A DNA stretch of 64,000 bases. Origin: Candidatus Poribacteria bacterium (lineage in GTDB: Bacteria; Poribacteria; WGA-4E; WGA-3G). Made by a program: the position numbers and the translations under genes. Below the pieces are notes generated by a model. The model was not told the origin of the DNA, ran no database searches, and was given only the letters and a program-made list of their open reading frames with translations. Where the stretch lies: positions 6,505,657 to 6,569,656 of the forward strand of contig OZ251998.1 of the NCBI GenBank assembly GCA_965246985.1, written 5' to 3'. This document shows, piece after piece, positions 47,237 to 57,051 of this stretch (positions within the stretch are counted from its first letter, which is position 1; the number at the start of each line of letters is the position of its first letter).

Positions 47237-47995
47237 ATGAAAATCATAATAGCGAATTTAATGCTTGCGAGTTTAATTGTTCTGGGTCTAATGTTTGCCG
47301 GTGTTAGCAGTGCCGAATTGGATCTGAAAACCGTTGTCGGGATGTGGCTCTTTGATGAGGGCAAGGGGGATACGGCAGTGGATTCCTCTGAAAATGGCAA
47401 TGACGGGGAACTTGTGAACGGTCCGAAATGGGTAAAGGATGGTAAGTTCGGATCCGCGCTGGAATTTGATGGAAATGAGAGTAAAGGACATGTCGTTGTC
47501 GGGGATTTGGGCTTGTCTGGAACGGTCACGTTAACTTTGTGGGCAAATCCGAGTGATGCCGCCGATGATGATCGGTTAATATCGAATCTCAGTGGGCCAA
47601 CGAATCCGGCTTTCTCAATTCGGTTCCAAAGTGGCGCGGTTGACATTTGGGGCAGGGCGTGGAAACCCGTCATCCCAAAATTTGATGACAATCAATGGGG
47701 ACACTATGCGTTTGTATTGGATGGCGAGGGAAACGCGACGGGCTATTACAATGGCAAAGAAGAGGACACAGTTGCCGATACCTATATTTTTACGGATATC
47801 GGTATTGGGGCAACTTTTTTGCATCAATGGGGACAATATTTTTCCGGTCAGTTCGACGGGATTGCATTTTTCGATGTCGCGCTGACTGAAGATGATATTA
47901 AAATCCTCATGACAAGAGGACTCAAGTCCGCGTTGGCGGTTTACTCGGCAGGTAAATTAGCCACTACATGGGGAAATATAAAAGTCAACCCATAA
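47237..47995 (+). CDS. secreted concanavalin-A-like lectin/LamG-type domain protein
   Basis: Signal peptide; …GNDGELVNGPKW…GSALEFDG… resembles the Laminin_G_3/DUF1080 fold. Confidence 0.55.
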   Translation: MKIIIANLMLASLIVLGLMFAGVSSAELDLKTVVGMWLFDEGKGDTAVDSSENGNDGELVNGPKWVKDGKFGSALEFDGNESKGHVVVGDLGLSGTVTLTLWANPSDAADDDRLISNLSGPTNPAFSIRFQSGAVDIWGRAWKPVIPKFDDNQWGHYAFVLDGEGNATGYYNGKEEDTVADTYIFTDIGIGATFLHQWGQYFSGQFDGIAFFDVALTEDDIKILMTRGLKSALAVYSAGKLATTWGNIKVNP

Positions 47996-48007
47996 GGATC
48001 AGGCTAA

Positions 48008-49453
48008 GTGCAAAGCAACCTTCATCAGCGTTTCCCGTTGCAGATAGAATCTGGTGTACTCAGGACACTCTTCGTCGTCATGGCAATAGTAGTGGTAGGT
48101 CTCTCGGCTTCCTACGCGGAAGACCGTGTTGCGGGGCATTGGGAGGGACAGATTGACATTCCCGGTCAACCCATTGCCGTGAAGATAGATCTCGCAATCG
48201 ATGACGGTGACTGGAGTGGAACGATCGACATTCCGACCCAAGGTGCGAACGGTTTACCCTTATCTGACATCCACGTTGTGGAAGAAGATGGTACGCGCGT
48301 CAAATTCTCAATTCGCGGCGTACCGGGGAATCCGACCTTCGATGGAAAACTACAAGATAGTGCCATCAGTGGCACATTCAGCCAAAGTGGTGCCACCTTC
48401 GGTTTCCGACTCTCTCGTGAGATTGTGAGTGGTCCCAAAAGGCCGCAAGAACCCAAACCCCCATTCCCCTATAAAATCGAAGAGGTCGCATTTCAGAACG
48501 GTGTTGTCAACCTTGCTGGCACTCTGACGTTACCACTTGGTGAGGGTCCGTTTCCTGCGGTGCTGCTCATCTCCGGCAGCGGTTTGCAAGACCGAGACGA
48601 GACTGTGTTCGACCACAAACCGTTTTGGGTGCTTGCCGATCACTTGAGCCGTGCAGGTATCGCCGTACTCCGCGTCGATGATCCGGGTATCGGTAAGTCA
48701 ACACCGCATCCGAAGCCGCCAACGACAGCGGATTTCGCAACTGACGTGGAGGCAGGTGTGGCGTTCCTCAAGCAGGATGACCGAATTGGTCGTGTCGGGT
48801 TGATCGGTCACAGCGAAGGTGGTCTCATCGCAGCCATCGTCGCCAGTCGCAGCAATGATGTCGGTTTCGTGGTGCTGATGGCGGGTCCTGGTGTGCCCGG
48901 TGCCGAGTTACTACGGAAACAGAACGAACGCATTTTTGATGCAGCGGGCATCGCGGGTGAGCGTAAACAGAATTTACTGACGCTCCTTGATCGGTTGTTT
49001 ACTATCTTGACTTCAGAAGATATGACGGAAGACGCACAGCGACAAGGGGTTGATGAAATTGTCCGCAAGCAGCTTGAAATTAACGGTGTTCCTCCGGCAC
49101 AACAGGACGAGGCGCAGGTACAGGCACTCGTAGAACAGTCACTTACGCCTTGGATGCGCTACTTCTTGACTTTCGATCCGCGGCCTGCCATTGAGACAAT
49201 TCAGGTGCCTGTCCTCGCACTCAACGGTGAACTTGATGTGCAAGTTGATGCCGAACAAAACCTTACCGCTATCGCTGAGTCTCTCAACAAAGGCGGGAAT
49301 CGCAACGTCACCGTGCATCGCTTGCTGGAACACAATCACCTGTTTCAACATGCTCGTACAGGTCTGATGAACGAGTACGGTGCGATTGAGGAGACGCTCT
49401 CACCGAAGGTGCTTGACCTTATCCGAGACTGGGTACTGTCTGTGAGACAATAA
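48008..49453 (+). CDS. secreted alpha/beta-hydrolase (S9/dienelactone-hydrolase-like)
   Basis: N-terminal hydrophobic segment. GHSEGG nucleophile elbow (GxSxG) and a downstream Asp/His. Probable start is the internal Met at about 48071. Confidence 0.65.
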   Translation: MQSNLHQRFPLQIESGVLRTLFVVMAIVVVGLSASYAEDRVAGHWEGQIDIPGQPIAVKIDLAIDDGDWSGTIDIPTQGANGLPLSDIHVVEEDGTRVKFSIRGVPGNPTFDGKLQDSAISGTFSQSGATFGFRLSREIVSGPKRPQEPKPPFPYKIEEVAFQNGVVNLAGTLTLPLGEGPFPAVLLISGSGLQDRDETVFDHKPFWVLADHLSRAGIAVLRVDDPGIGKSTPHPKPPTTADFATDVEAGVAFLKQDDRIGRVGLIGHSEGGLIAAIVASRSNDVGFVVLMAGPGVPGAELLRKQNERIFDAAGIAGERKQNLLTLLDRLFTILTSEDMTEDAQRQGVDEIVRKQLEINGVPPAQQDEAQVQALVEQSLTPWMRYFLTFDPRPAIETIQVPVLALNGELDVQVDAEQNLTAIAESLNKGGNRNVTVHRLLEHNHLFQHARTGLMNEYGAIEETLSPKVLDLIRDWVLSVRQ

Positions 49454-49481
49454 AGTGCCGTTTTTCGTTTTTTAAGGATGT

Positions 49482-51434
49482 ATGCTAAGACGCTTTTCAA
49501 GAATACTACATCTCCAAATAGGGATTACCGAAAAAAAACGAGAGTTCATGATGAAAAAAACGTTATTTTCCAACTTTTTGACGCTCCTTATTGTTTTTTC
49601 AATGCTCCACCTACTGCCCAACACCTTCGCCCAAGACAACACACAGTGGGGGGTACCTGAGGGGGCAAGAGCCCGACTCGGTAGAGGCGGAACAGGTGAG
49701 ATGCGGTATTCTCCCGACGGGACGCTCCTCGCGGTGTCAAGCGGCATCGGTATTTGGCTCTACGATACCGCAACCTATCAAGAAATTAGCCTGCTCACCG
49801 GGCAAAGCGAAGAAATCTTCAGCATCGCGTTTAGTCCTGACGGAAAAACAATTGCGAGTGGGTGTTATGATGGGACTATCCGTTTATGGGATCTCGGCAC
49901 AGGTACGCACAAGACAAGGCTCACAACGTATAAGGTTAGTGTCAATAGCGTGGCATTCAGCCCAGATGGGCGCACACTTGTGTGTGGAAGTGACGATGGC
50001 ACTGTCCACCTCTGGGATGCACACACCGGCGAACATCAGAAAACACTCACGGGACATACGGATAATGTCTACAGCGTGGCATTCAGCCCGGATGGACAGA
50101 CACTCGCCAGTGGGAGCGACGACACCGACACCATTCGCCTCTGGGATGCACACACCGGCGAACACAAGAAAACGCTCACAGGACATGCCGATGGGATTAT
50201 AAGTTTATCGTTCACGCCAAATGGGCGCACCCTTGCCAGTGGGAGCTACGATAGGACTATCCGCCTCTGGAATGTACATACCGGCGAACATCAGAAAACA
50301 CTCACGGGACATACGGATAATGTCTACAGCGTGGCATTCAGCCCGGATGGACGCACACTTGCCAGTGGAAGCGAAGACGGCACTGGCCGCCTCTGGGAAG
50401 CACACACCGGCGAACACAAGAAAACGCTCACAGGACATATAGGAGCGGTCTATAACGTAGCATTCAGTCCCGATGGACAGACACTCGCCAGTGGGGGTGG
50501 GAGAGAAGTCCGCCTCTGGAATGCCCACACCGCAGAACATCAAAAAACGCTCACGGGATATACCGAACAAGTCTCAAGTGTAGCGTTCAGCCCAGATGGA
50601 CAGATACTCGCAAGCGGAAGTGATCCTGGCGAGACCGTTGACTTCTGGGATGGAGACACGGGTGCTCACAAAAAAACGCTCACTGGAGATATAGGACGAG
50701 TTTTCAGTATAGCGTTCAGCCCCGATGGAAAAACGCTCGCCAGTGGGACTCTTAAAAATCCGCCCCACTTGTGGGACGTGCATACTGGCACGCACAAGCA
50801 GGCATTCAAAGGACCGGCCCCGGTCTATTGCGTAGCGTTCAGCCCCGATGGAAAAACACTTGCCAGTGGGGGTTGGGAGGATATCCACCTCTGGGATGCA
50901 CACACCGGTGAGCGCAAGAGAATACTTGAAGGACATACGTTGTGGGTGAGAAGCGTGGCATTCAGCCCAGATGGACAGACACTCGCAAGCGGAAGCGGCG
51001 ACGATACCATCCGCCTCTGGGAGGTGCACACTGGCAAGCTCACGAACATACTCATAGGACATGCAGACGGTGTCATAAGTGTGACGTTCAGCCCCGATGG
51101 AAAAACACTCGCCAGTGGGGGTGGGGACGGGACCCTCCGCCTCTGGAATGCACACACCGGCACATCCAAAATAACCCCCACCGGACATACAGATTGGGTT
51201 AATAGCGTGGCGTTCAGTCCCGATGGGAAAATACTCGCTAGCGGAAGCAGAGACGGCAATATCCACCTCTGGGATGCGGATACTGGTGAACACAAGAAAA
51301 CGCTCACAGGGCATACATTCTGGGTGGAAAGTCTCGCCTTCAGTCCCGATGGAAAAACACTCGCCAGTGGGAGTTTGGACAGCACAGTACTATTGTGGGA
51401 ACTATTCGAGACACCGCCACCAACGCCACGATGA
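49482..51434 (+). CDS. secreted WD40-repeat protein (about 14 repeats) without a dockerin
   Basis: Signal peptide (probable start MMKKTLFSN at about 49548). Repeats are nearly identical at the nucleotide level, for example LWDAHTGEHKKTLTGH four times. Ends …LWELFETPPPTPR. Confidence 0.8.
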   Translation: MLRRFSRILHLQIGITEKKREFMMKKTLFSNFLTLLIVFSMLHLLPNTFAQDNTQWGVPEGARARLGRGGTGEMRYSPDGTLLAVSSGIGIWLYDTATYQEISLLTGQSEEIFSIAFSPDGKTIASGCYDGTIRLWDLGTGTHKTRLTTYKVSVNSVAFSPDGRTLVCGSDDGTVHLWDAHTGEHQKTLTGHTDNVYSVAFSPDGQTLASGSDDTDTIRLWDAHTGEHKKTLTGHADGIISLSFTPNGRTLASGSYDRTIRLWNVHTGEHQKTLTGHTDNVYSVAFSPDGRTLASGSEDGTGRLWEAHTGEHKKTLTGHIGAVYNVAFSPDGQTLASGGGREVRLWNAHTAEHQKTLTGYTEQVSSVAFSPDGQILASGSDPGETVDFWDGDTGAHKKTLTGDIGRVFSIAFSPDGKTLASGTLKNPPHLWDVHTGTHKQAFKGPAPVYCVAFSPDGKTLASGGWEDIHLWDAHTGERKRILEGHTLWVRSVAFSPDGQTLASGSGDDTIRLWEVHTGKLTNILIGHADGVISVTFSPDGKTLASGGGDGTLRLWNAHTGTSKITPTGHTDWVNSVAFSPDGKILASGSRDGNIHLWDADTGEHKKTLTGHTFWVESLAFSPDGKTLASGSLDSTVLLWELFETPPPTPR

Positions 51435-51476
51435 CAGCCATTCAACTGATAACCTGAAATATAAGGAGAATCCGCT

Positions 51477-54400
51477 ATGGAGCACCAGGTCCTCATTACA
51501 ATTTCTGTAGTCGTCGTACTGATGTTAGCAAGTGAATTCAGTAGTATGATGGCAGCTGAACCCGAAGGGTTGATTGGTCGTTGGGATTTTGACGATGGAA
51601 CAGGCACTGACCTATCTGGTAACAACAACCATGCGGTACTCGGCGGAACACAGATCTACGCACTCGGTGAAGGACGTGCCTGCATCGAAATGATGCCGGA
51701 TACAGAACCGTTGCGGATTCCCGTGCCTGAGAACTCTCCGCTTGCGATGTCGCGCGGCACAATCTGCTTCTGGCTAAATACGGCGTGGGGTAAACCCAAC
51801 ATCCTCAAATACGATAACGGGGCAGTAGAACTCAACAACTATCGCGGCTGTTTTCAGGTGCGTTTCCAAGGTGAAAACGACTTCCGCTACTGGGACGGGA
51901 TTCTTGATTACGACTGGCCACAGTACGACATGCGCGAATGGGCGTTCTATCCACATCTAAAAGCCTCAGTCTGCGACTCCGAGTGGCATCTGTTCGCGGT
52001 TGCCTACGACGACAAAGCAAAGCAGATCGTAGGGTGGCGCGATGGAGAGCAAATTGCAACTATTGATCTGTCGAAAGTAGACATGGAACTACTACGCCGC
52101 GAAGGTCTAACAGAGATTCACACCGGTGAAGGGTTTGTCGGTTATCTCGACGATCTGCGTATCTACGACAAACCGCTGAACGACACAGAAATCCGCCAGA
52201 TTTATAATGCCACCAAAGCCATCTATGCAGGTAGGCAAGACACGAATCCGACCGATAAAGAGCAAAACATCTACAAATACCAAGAAGTAGACGGGACGCT
52301 TTACAAGGCGTGGCTGCAGTTCAATCCACCCTCCAAACAACACAATCAGGATTTATTTAAAAATATTGTTGCTGAAGGCGAAAATTCAACCGTACAGACA
52401 GCGGGCACTGAATTGGCGCAAGCGATAGAATCAATGTTCAGTTTCAAACCTTCTGTCTCGGCAACCCACCCTGTTTCTGGATCAACAAGGATTATCCTTG
52501 GCACAGTTGAAACCTCTAAATGGATCCGCAATTTTGCTGATGAACTCGGACTGGATCGGATCGAACGGGACGGATTCGTCATCAAGACGTTGAAAGAGGG
52601 CACAGACGTTGCAATTACCGTCGCTGGGAAAATTCCAGCAGGCGTTGTTTTCGGTGCGTTTGACCTAATGCGTCGTATTCAACTCGGGCAAGATCCGCTT
52701 ACATTTGATGTAGTTGAAAACCCACAGGTACCTATCCGCATGGTGGCGCACTGGTCCTACTTCCGTGGGTTTTTGGGAGATAAGTGGCGCGGCGGCGGTA
52801 GAGACGGTTCAATCTTCAGTTGGGAAGAGCTGCGCACCGGCGATACCCAATTGATTCGCGATTGGGTGCGTATGCTGGCATCGTGCGGTTGGAACGCGCT
52901 CTGTCCGAGTGAGATCAATTGGCACTACCGAAACAACTTCTTAGAACATCTTGATGAAGTCGAAAAACTTGGAAACATCTGCCGAGATTACGGGATCAAA
53001 CTCTATTGGAGTCCGAGTTATCTCCTTGCACTCGACCCAAAAACCGCCGACGCAATCTACGCCAGAGTCCCCGACTTCGGCGGATATATGATGAAACTCG
53101 GCTCAGAGAAACAGAACGGCGACCCGCGTCCGCCGATGGTGAACCGGATTGCTGACACGTTGAAACCACACGGTGGAACTGTCCTCGTCCGAGCATTCGT
53201 CTACGGCAACCTCCGATACACACCAGAACCCTACCGAAATCTAATCCCCTACGATCTGTTTGCGCATGAAGATGGCAACTTTCGAGATAACGTCGTTATA
53301 ATTCCCAAGGGCAGCCCTATGGATTGGGACCTTGCGGCACCTATCCCCGCACTTGATGGCGCGATTCAAAAAAACTTATCTGGAAGTGAACTCGTCATCG
53401 ACAAAAGCTGGCCCGTCTCTTGGGTCAAGAAATGGAAGTGGTGGTTTGAACAGGATACCTATCGGGACGGACCCGGAAGTCTGAACAAATCCAGTGTAGA
53501 CTGCATCATGGGTGTGTCTATGATTGAACCTTCGCCAGCATGGACAAAATGCCCACTGAACGCTGTAAACTATTACGGACTCGGACGACTCACTTGGAAC
53601 CCGGATCTAACAGTAGACGATATCTATACAGAATGGATCCGACAGACATTCGGCGATGATCCAGAGGTACTTACGACAACCAAGACCCTCTTGATGATGC
53701 TTGAAGAAGTTACGCGCAAGTGCTACAACTATCGCGGGTATCGCGGCGTGTGGCTCGATTCCAGCGACGACGGTATGACCCAAAACAAGACCCCCTATAT
53801 CGTGAATAAGAAAGGCATGGGCGTTCTAACACCTACGTTGCAAGAACGGGTACTGGCACAGTACGCACCGGGATTGCGCAAGATATATGGAGACCCGTTA
53901 CGTGGGGAGGCGCACCTTACTACCTTCCATTTCGCAGCACATGACCAACCTCTCTCCATCGGCAGAACCCTCATACAAGACATCTACGCCAACATGGAAG
54001 AAGGGGTCGAAATGGCTTCGCAAGCAGCCGAACTCTGGAAAACACTTCAGGGAAAAATAGATCCACACAGATACGAATACACCCTAAAGACCTTGGCAGA
54101 CTATGCCACATCCGTACGCAGCCTTACTCTTAAGAAATGGGTAACGAACTTTGAAGCACATACCGGCAGGACCCGTCTGAACACACTCGCAGAACTGACG
54201 CAAGAGGCACTTGCGAAAGTTGGCACGTATAATGTCCGGCATTTCGGTACTGTTGCCGATGGCAAATCGGACGATGCAGACGCAATCAACCGAGCCATTG
54301 ATGCCTGCAACGCCGCTGGGGGTGGCACCGTCTTTGTGCCATCTGGGGTTTATGCAACGGGCTCCATCTACCTGAAAAGCAACGTCTCCTTTGCCCTTGA

Positions 54401-54920
54401 TACTGGTGCTGCACTCAAATTTTCCTCGTCAGATACTGATGTTTCGCTGCTTATCGGAAAAGACTTAGAAAACGTGAAAATCTACGGTCCTGGCACCCTC
54501 AACGGAGTAGGCAATAACGGCATTACGCTACTACACTGCAAGAATGTAGGAATCCGAAACTTGAATGTCCATAACGGTGGCAATTCTGCCGTCTTTGTGA
54601 TGGAGTGCGATGGCGTGCTGGTGGACAACATCAACATCCGAACAGATCAGGATGGACTCAACCTCTCCGAATGCTGTAACGTAACGGTTAGCGACTGTCG
54701 CATTGACGCAGTACACCGCGAGTACGGAAGACCTGTAGATGGTGGTGCCGCAATAAAATTTGATGGCGAAGTCTCCGCGTCCGATAACATCACTGTTCAA
54801 AATTGCTTTCTTGCCAACGGTGGGAGTGTGGTTGAAACCGACACAGAGAGTAGTCCCCGCAATATCCGTTATGAGAACGTTCGGGTTCTCCATGGTTTAC
54901 CTATAGCGCACACGCACTAA
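51477..54920 (+). CDS. 1147-aa secreted multidomain carbohydrate-active protein: LamG-like N-terminus + GH67 (alpha-glucuronidase)-like catalytic core + C-terminal pectin-lyase-fold beta-helix (GH28-related)
   Basis: N-terminal signal peptide and …GLIGRWDFDDGTGTD…NNHAVLGG… (LamG). A central block, …MVAHWSYFRGFLGD…VRMLASCGWNALCPSEIN…YGIKLYWSPSYLL…VPDFGGYMMKLGSEKQNGDP…VLVRAFVYGN…, matches GH67 TIM-barrel motifs. C-terminal …YNVRHFGTVADGKSDDADAINRAIDACNAAGGGTVFVPSGVYATGSIYL… matches the polygalacturonase / pectate-lyase-like beta-helix. Confidence 0.65.
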   Translation: MEHQVLITISVVVVLMLASEFSSMMAAEPEGLIGRWDFDDGTGTDLSGNNNHAVLGGTQIYALGEGRACIEMMPDTEPLRIPVPENSPLAMSRGTICFWLNTAWGKPNILKYDNGAVELNNYRGCFQVRFQGENDFRYWDGILDYDWPQYDMREWAFYPHLKASVCDSEWHLFAVAYDDKAKQIVGWRDGEQIATIDLSKVDMELLRREGLTEIHTGEGFVGYLDDLRIYDKPLNDTEIRQIYNATKAIYAGRQDTNPTDKEQNIYKYQEVDGTLYKAWLQFNPPSKQHNQDLFKNIVAEGENSTVQTAGTELAQAIESMFSFKPSVSATHPVSGSTRIILGTVETSKWIRNFADELGLDRIERDGFVIKTLKEGTDVAITVAGKIPAGVVFGAFDLMRRIQLGQDPLTFDVVENPQVPIRMVAHWSYFRGFLGDKWRGGGRDGSIFSWEELRTGDTQLIRDWVRMLASCGWNALCPSEINWHYRNNFLEHLDEVEKLGNICRDYGIKLYWSPSYLLALDPKTADAIYARVPDFGGYMMKLGSEKQNGDPRPPMVNRIADTLKPHGGTVLVRAFVYGNLRYTPEPYRNLIPYDLFAHEDGNFRDNVVIIPKGSPMDWDLAAPIPALDGAIQKNLSGSELVIDKSWPVSWVKKWKWWFEQDTYRDGPGSLNKSSVDCIMGVSMIEPSPAWTKCPLNAVNYYGLGRLTWNPDLTVDDIYTEWIRQTFGDDPEVLTTTKTLLMMLEEVTRKCYNYRGYRGVWLDSSDDGMTQNKTPYIVNKKGMGVLTPTLQERVLAQYAPGLRKIYGDPLRGEAHLTTFHFAAHDQPLSIGRTLIQDIYANMEEGVEMASQAAELWKTLQGKIDPHRYEYTLKTLADYATSVRSLTLKKWVTNFEAHTGRTRLNTLAELTQEALAKVGTYNVRHFGTVADGKSDDADAINRAIDACNAAGGGTVFVPSGVYATGSIYLKSNVSFALDTGAALKFSSSDTDVSLLIGKDLENVKIYGPGTLNGVGNNGITLLHCKNVGIRNLNVHNGGNSAVFVMECDGVLVDNINIRTDQDGLNLSECCNVTVSDCRIDAVHREYGRPVDGGAAIKFDGEVSASDNITVQNCFLANGGSVVETDTESSPRNIRYENVRVLHGLPIAHTH

Positions 54921-54988
54921 AGACGTAACGCTCTGCTGGATTGGAATATCAGAGGTAAATTCTCAGTGCCTTAACGAGGTTATAGACA

Positions 54989-56419
54989 ATGTATCTCAAT
55001 AAAAAAATTATACCTCTGCTATTAGGCGGTTTTCTGTTATCCATAGCAATAGGTTGTATCACGGATACCCCCGGCCAATCTAAGCAATCTAAAAACACGT
55101 ATGTCTTTAACCGTGCTAATACCGAAAATGCCCTAGATCGCACCGAGGCATTTACATCAAATCTACCGATTGTGATTATTGATACGTCTGGACAATGGAT
55201 TCGCGACGAACCTAAAATTCCGGCGCGGATGAAGATTATTTACGATCAATCTGGCGGTAGGAACGCATTGGATAGTTCCCATGTTGATTTTGAGGGGGAG
55301 ATCGGTATAGAGATTCGGGGGAAAACTTCGCAAGGGTTTAGGAAAAAACAGTACGGCATTGAAACTCAGGACGAACAAGGTAATGACAAAGATGTTTCGT
55401 TGTTGCAATTGCCAGCGGAATCGGATTGGGTTTTAAATGGACCCTATTCGGATAAAACGCTCATGCGAAATTACTTGGCGTACGAGTTCAGCAATCGAAT
55501 CGGCAGATACGCAAGTAGAACAAAGTTTGTTGAAATGTTTCTGAATGACAGGGGGGATGCGACAATCGGAAACAGACATTATGTTGGTGTCTATCTACTG
55601 ATAGAGAAGATTAAGCGAGGGAAAAACCGCGTCGATATTCAACCGCTAAAACCCGCGGACAGCACGGGTGGTTATATCCTGAAAATTGACAAGATGGACC
55701 GCTATGAAACCTATTTCTCCACTCGTTACGGGACACGGTTGTTTCATGTATATCCGAAAGGATACGAGATGTCTGATGCCCAAAAGGCATGGATTCAGAA
55801 CTATATGAGCGAATTTGAAGCAGCATTAGCTGGCAAGGATTTTAAGGACCCGGAACACGGATATGCCAAGTACATTGATATTGACGCTTTTATCGACCAT
55901 TTCATCATCAATGAGCTTTTCAGAAATATAGATGGATTTCGGAACAGCACATACATGTACAAAGACAGAGACGGCAAACTGACAATGGGACCCGTCTGGG
56001 ATTTCAACTTATCAATGGGCAATTCAAGTTTCAGTGAGGGTTGGAAAACGGATGGATGGCTCATTTATACAAACCGTGTCCCCTTTTGGTGGGATAGACT
56101 CCTAAAAGACAGGAACTTCAGGCAAAAACTCGTCAAGAGATGGCAGGCACTTCGGAGAGATGAACTCGCCACTTCTAAACTCCTTGACGAGATTAATCGA
56201 ACTGCTAAGTATCTGTCCGAGGCACAAAAACGAAATTTCCAGAGATGGCCCGTGCTGGGTCGCCGTGTTTTCGGTAATCCCAATTCTGGTCTGCCTACAT
56301 ACCAACAAGAGGTCCAACAAATGAAAAATTGGGTACAGGCTCGGCTGAAGTGGATAGATAAACATATTGAAGCACCACGTCCATCGCCTTTCAGCAGGCG
56401 GAGGCTAAGAGATTTCTAA
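54989..56419 (+). CDS. CotH-family lipoprotein (atypical kinase fold)
   Basis: Lipobox …SIAIGC. …YLAYEFSNRIGRYASRTKFVEMFLNDRGD…HYVGVYLLIEKIKRGKNRVDI…GGYILKIDK… resembles CotH. Confidence 0.55.
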   Translation: MYLNKKIIPLLLGGFLLSIAIGCITDTPGQSKQSKNTYVFNRANTENALDRTEAFTSNLPIVIIDTSGQWIRDEPKIPARMKIIYDQSGGRNALDSSHVDFEGEIGIEIRGKTSQGFRKKQYGIETQDEQGNDKDVSLLQLPAESDWVLNGPYSDKTLMRNYLAYEFSNRIGRYASRTKFVEMFLNDRGDATIGNRHYVGVYLLIEKIKRGKNRVDIQPLKPADSTGGYILKIDKMDRYETYFSTRYGTRLFHVYPKGYEMSDAQKAWIQNYMSEFEAALAGKDFKDPEHGYAKYIDIDAFIDHFIINELFRNIDGFRNSTYMYKDRDGKLTMGPVWDFNLSMGNSSFSEGWKTDGWLIYTNRVPFWWDRLLKDRNFRQKLVKRWQALRRDELATSKLLDEINRTAKYLSEAQKRNFQRWPVLGRRVFGNPNSGLPTYQQEVQQMKNWVQARLKWIDKHIEAPRPSPFSRRRLRDF

Positions 56420-57051
56420 GAAAAAACATAACCGAACACACCAAAAACCCGTTTTGGTTCTCACTGCGAAGCAGGACAAAACGGAGCAGAAACCCAATAT
56501 ACAAAAAATCTAAGATTATGCACCTTTTTGGCATACAAATTGCGTCATTAATAATTGAAACCTTCAGTCCACCTATATGCTATCGGTGAATAAATTTTGC
56601 CCGATTTCGTGCAATTAGGTATAAAACATGCCCGATTATGTGCAGTTCTTCTGGGATTTTTGCAAAAAGTAGAGCAGGACTGTATTGTTCAAATCGGCAC
56701 AGAATTTGCTGATGTTAGTTGTATAGAGTGATAAGGTTTTCATTCGGTACGGAAAAAGAAGCATTTTTACTGTCTTTTCAAGAATCGGTGTCTCTATAAG
56801 GCAGAGGCATTCAATCTTTCGCTTTCTGGAAATTTCCTATTTTCAAGAAAATCGAAGTAACTTTCAACAAAGATATGGTAAAACCCACAATTACCTATAC
56901 ATTGGCGAGGTTAGGAATGCAGATCGCATTTGGGCGCGTACGCCGCAAAACCTCGCCAGCGAGGGAGAGTGCGGAATTGTTATTCATTGAAATGTAAACA
57001 TATTTTCGGGTTTTACTATAATAAGTATTAAGCACCTGTTGTACAGTCGAG

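Noticed and set aside
47098-47691. 197-aa minus-strand ORF overlapping the LamG-like gene
   Set aside because: It is antisense to a gene with a clear signal peptide and domain, and has no motifs.
49884-51628. Long antisense ORFs (50574..51314 at 246 aa, 50825..51628 at 267 aa, 50205..50570, 49884..50186) opposite the secreted WD40 gene, and possible CRISPR-like periodicity
   Set aside because: The periodicity is the roughly 120-bp WD blade repeat of a protein-coding gene with intact sense-strand WD motifs. There are no short direct repeats with unique spacers, so this is not a CRISPR array. The antisense ORFs are by-products of the repeat.
56420-57050. tRNA or other structured RNA in the long CotH-MoxR intergenic region
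   Set aside because: No cloverleaf-compatible segment, with a GTTC/TΨC loop and anticodon stem, could be recognised by inspection. This cannot be excluded without tRNAscan or Infernal.
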